Of a stretch of DNA of 64,000 nucleotides, positions 61,721-64,000 are shown piece by piece. This DNA is from Raillietiella orientalis (Eukaryota): the NCBI GenBank assembly GCA_036172245.1, contig JAYWIR010000016.1:62001-126000 (forward strand), given 5' to 3'. A model generated the notes under the pieces. The model saw only the letters and a list, made by a program, of their open reading frames with translations. It was not told where the DNA came from and did no database searches. The position numbers and the translations under genes are program-made. Numbering within the stretch: position 1 is the stretch's first letter; each line of letters starts with the position of its first letter.

Positions 61721-64000
61721 GCTCTCGAGAACGATCGGGCCTGCCCCAAGGAACCCGAAACCAACCGTCCTGGGATCGCTTGCGGGAGGGAGGGAGGGAG
61801 GGAGAGAAGAGGAAAAGCGAGTGAGGGACTCCGAGTCTTACAGGAGCGGTCTCCTCCTCTAAACCCCGATGTCTCCTACTTTCGTAAATCCCGGAGAGAA
61901 TTTTTCCCCAGTACGCGGCGACTGGCACCCTTGGAAGAAAGACGACGGTTCTCGAAAGAGTTTCCTCAGGGCTCCTTCCTCAACACTCATGACCTCCTCC
62001 CTACCGTTTGCACACGGCTCCGCCGCAAAGACGCGCTGCGTGCACGGATCCCTCACACGATTCAGGTGGCACTGAGGAGGGAGGGAAGATGGCAGGGGGG
62101 GGGGGGATGAGGAAGAGCGCAGTCCGGCGACAGAACTTCAGCTTGAGCACTGCGACGCCGTCGCGCGCCATCTTTTTGGATTCACCCGCGCAGCACCCGT
62201 TCGTAATCGAGACCCCGCCGGTGGCCACGGTGATCGCTCACCAGCGCAGACCTCCCTACCCGAGATGGGGATCCGCACCTGGGTGCTCAGGCTGGTGCGT
62301 TTGCTAACCGCGCCTGAGGTGTTCCCGCACGCCTTAACATCCAATGCACCGTGAAGCGGCCTGGAGGCGGCCACCTGACACGCGCGCCGGTGCCGTCTCC
62401 TCCAGCCAAGAGCGCGTCCTTCTCCGCGCACTCCATCGCCTTTCGAGCCAGCTACAACCCCTGGAGGCTCTTCCCTTCCGGAACGAAGCTGCTCGCGACC
62501 AAGGCGACGCGGCGTCTCCTCGTTGAGGATCTTCCGCGGGCGATAATGGCGAAGGGTCGGGAAACTGCGAGGCTCTGCGCCTGCACTTTTCTCGTTTCCC
62601 CGCAAGAATCCCCCGACGCTCTTCCGCTACCATCCAGCGCTCCTCGATGACCGGCGCCGCCTTCGCCCCGTGCGGTGTTCATCACGTATCCCACAGGGAC
62701 CAGGAACTCCGATCTGGATCACATCCCGCCGCACCTGCTTAATAGTGGTGCCTCAGGCGTGCGAAGACCGGTGGCGTAGCAGCGGGGAGAGACGGCGTGC
62801 GCAAGTTTGGGGGAGCTGGAAACAACTCTTCGTTTCACTTCTTCCCCACCGGCTGCGTGGGAAGCCCACGCGATCCGGAAGCTGTTCTGGTGCTGCGGCC
62901 GCTCTGTCTGGCTCCGTCGCGAGGGCTGGCAAACTCGCGGGGTGGATCGATGGAGTCGGTGGTTTCATCGTCGCGGGCAGCTGTGGCGCAGCGCACAGGG
63001 CAAGGCCGTCGGGAAGGCAGAGGAGCGATGGAGGCGCGAGGCGGAAGGACGATACATCGTTAACACTTCTTAGAAGTTCCCTCCATCTGCTCCCGCTTTG
63101 CCCCTTCCGTCTGCTCGGAGACCACCCTACTAAAACTCTTTCCCCATGAGGCTCGAGTCGGTCTCCGCGCCAGCTGAATGGCCCGGTCGGGGAAACACGC
63201 GCACCTATGTCTGCTGGCACCACCATATTCCCAGGATCCAAGAAGAGTAACGGCGATGACCAAAAAGGAAGGAACGCAGCATGCAAACTTTTTCCTAGCG
63301 CTCTCGCAGAGATTGCGGCGCAACTCGCTCGCAAGGAAATAAAAACAGCCGAAAGAGGAAGGCTGCGTTCTTCGTTTCACGGGAAGAGTCAGACAGCATA
63401 CCTATGCACATTTGTTTGTAGGTGTGTGCATTAAGCAAGCAGCCTGCAGGTGTTTTCATGCTGGAGCCTTACCATTTGAAATGCACCGACTGGAGAGTCT
63501 TTGGCATCCGCGCGCAGTCTCGAAATCCCTTCCCAAGACGGACCGGCAATCCTGCTTAATTGCAGTTAATTATGAAACGCGTCTCAGATATGACACATGC
63601 ATAGCATGAGAAAGCAGCTGAGACAGGAAGGATCCATCCTTCAATTTTCATCAAAACGTATTCTTCGCGTTATGAATTGCTGACTAATCGAGACATTAGC
63701 ACATGGAGAAGAGCGGCCATATCAAAGGGCTGTAAAGACGAGGTTTACATCGGAAAAAAAAAAAAAAAAGAACGGTAGTGCTGATGCTAAACACATTAAA
63801 TCGATCACCCATGAAGAAATTATAAATTCTTCTTGTAAATGCAAATAAGTATCTTCATATTACCTACGGCTCTGCACCGTGCTCCTGCGGGAACGGAAAG
63901 ACGTAGGAAACAAAAAAAGAAACTCATTCCTCTGTAATTAGACCGAGGCACCCCGGACTTTGAAACACGGAAAAGCTTCCTGCTGCAAGGTGGGTTTGCT

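Noticed and set aside
4000..63300. Hundreds of long overlapping Arg/Pro/Gly/Ser-rich ORFs, e.g. 46300-47817, 46845-48440, 18941-20380
   Set aside because: Expected in very GC-rich DNA where stop codons are rare. They overlap in all frames and show no recognisable domains.
1..64000. CRISPR arrays, tRNA/rRNA genes, transposase or reverse-transcriptase ORFs
   Set aside because: No regularly spaced repeats, RNA-gene signatures or TE protein motifs were recognised by eye; small or decayed elements could have been missed.

Overview
Eukaryotic, most likely arthropod-type, genomic DNA with short GT-AG introns and sharply alternating GC/CpG-rich and AT-rich/CpG-poor blocks. No prokaryotic, rRNA, tRNA or CRISPR features were seen. 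I can reconstruct only two intact genes, both on the minus strand: a 13-exon glutaminase with C-terminal ankyrin repeats (15019-22362) and a 4-exon F-box/LRR-type gene (33145-34792). Much of the rest reads as a dense series of heavily decayed genes. These are a clear Fez/earmuff zinc-finger pseudogene, probable Toll (LRR+TIR) and class-1 semaphorin pseudogenes, weaker MICAL-like and TUTase-like remnants, and several unidentified exon-like remnants. Family assignments for the decayed loci come from by-eye motif comparison and need profile searches. Most long ORFs in the supplied track are artefacts of high GC.
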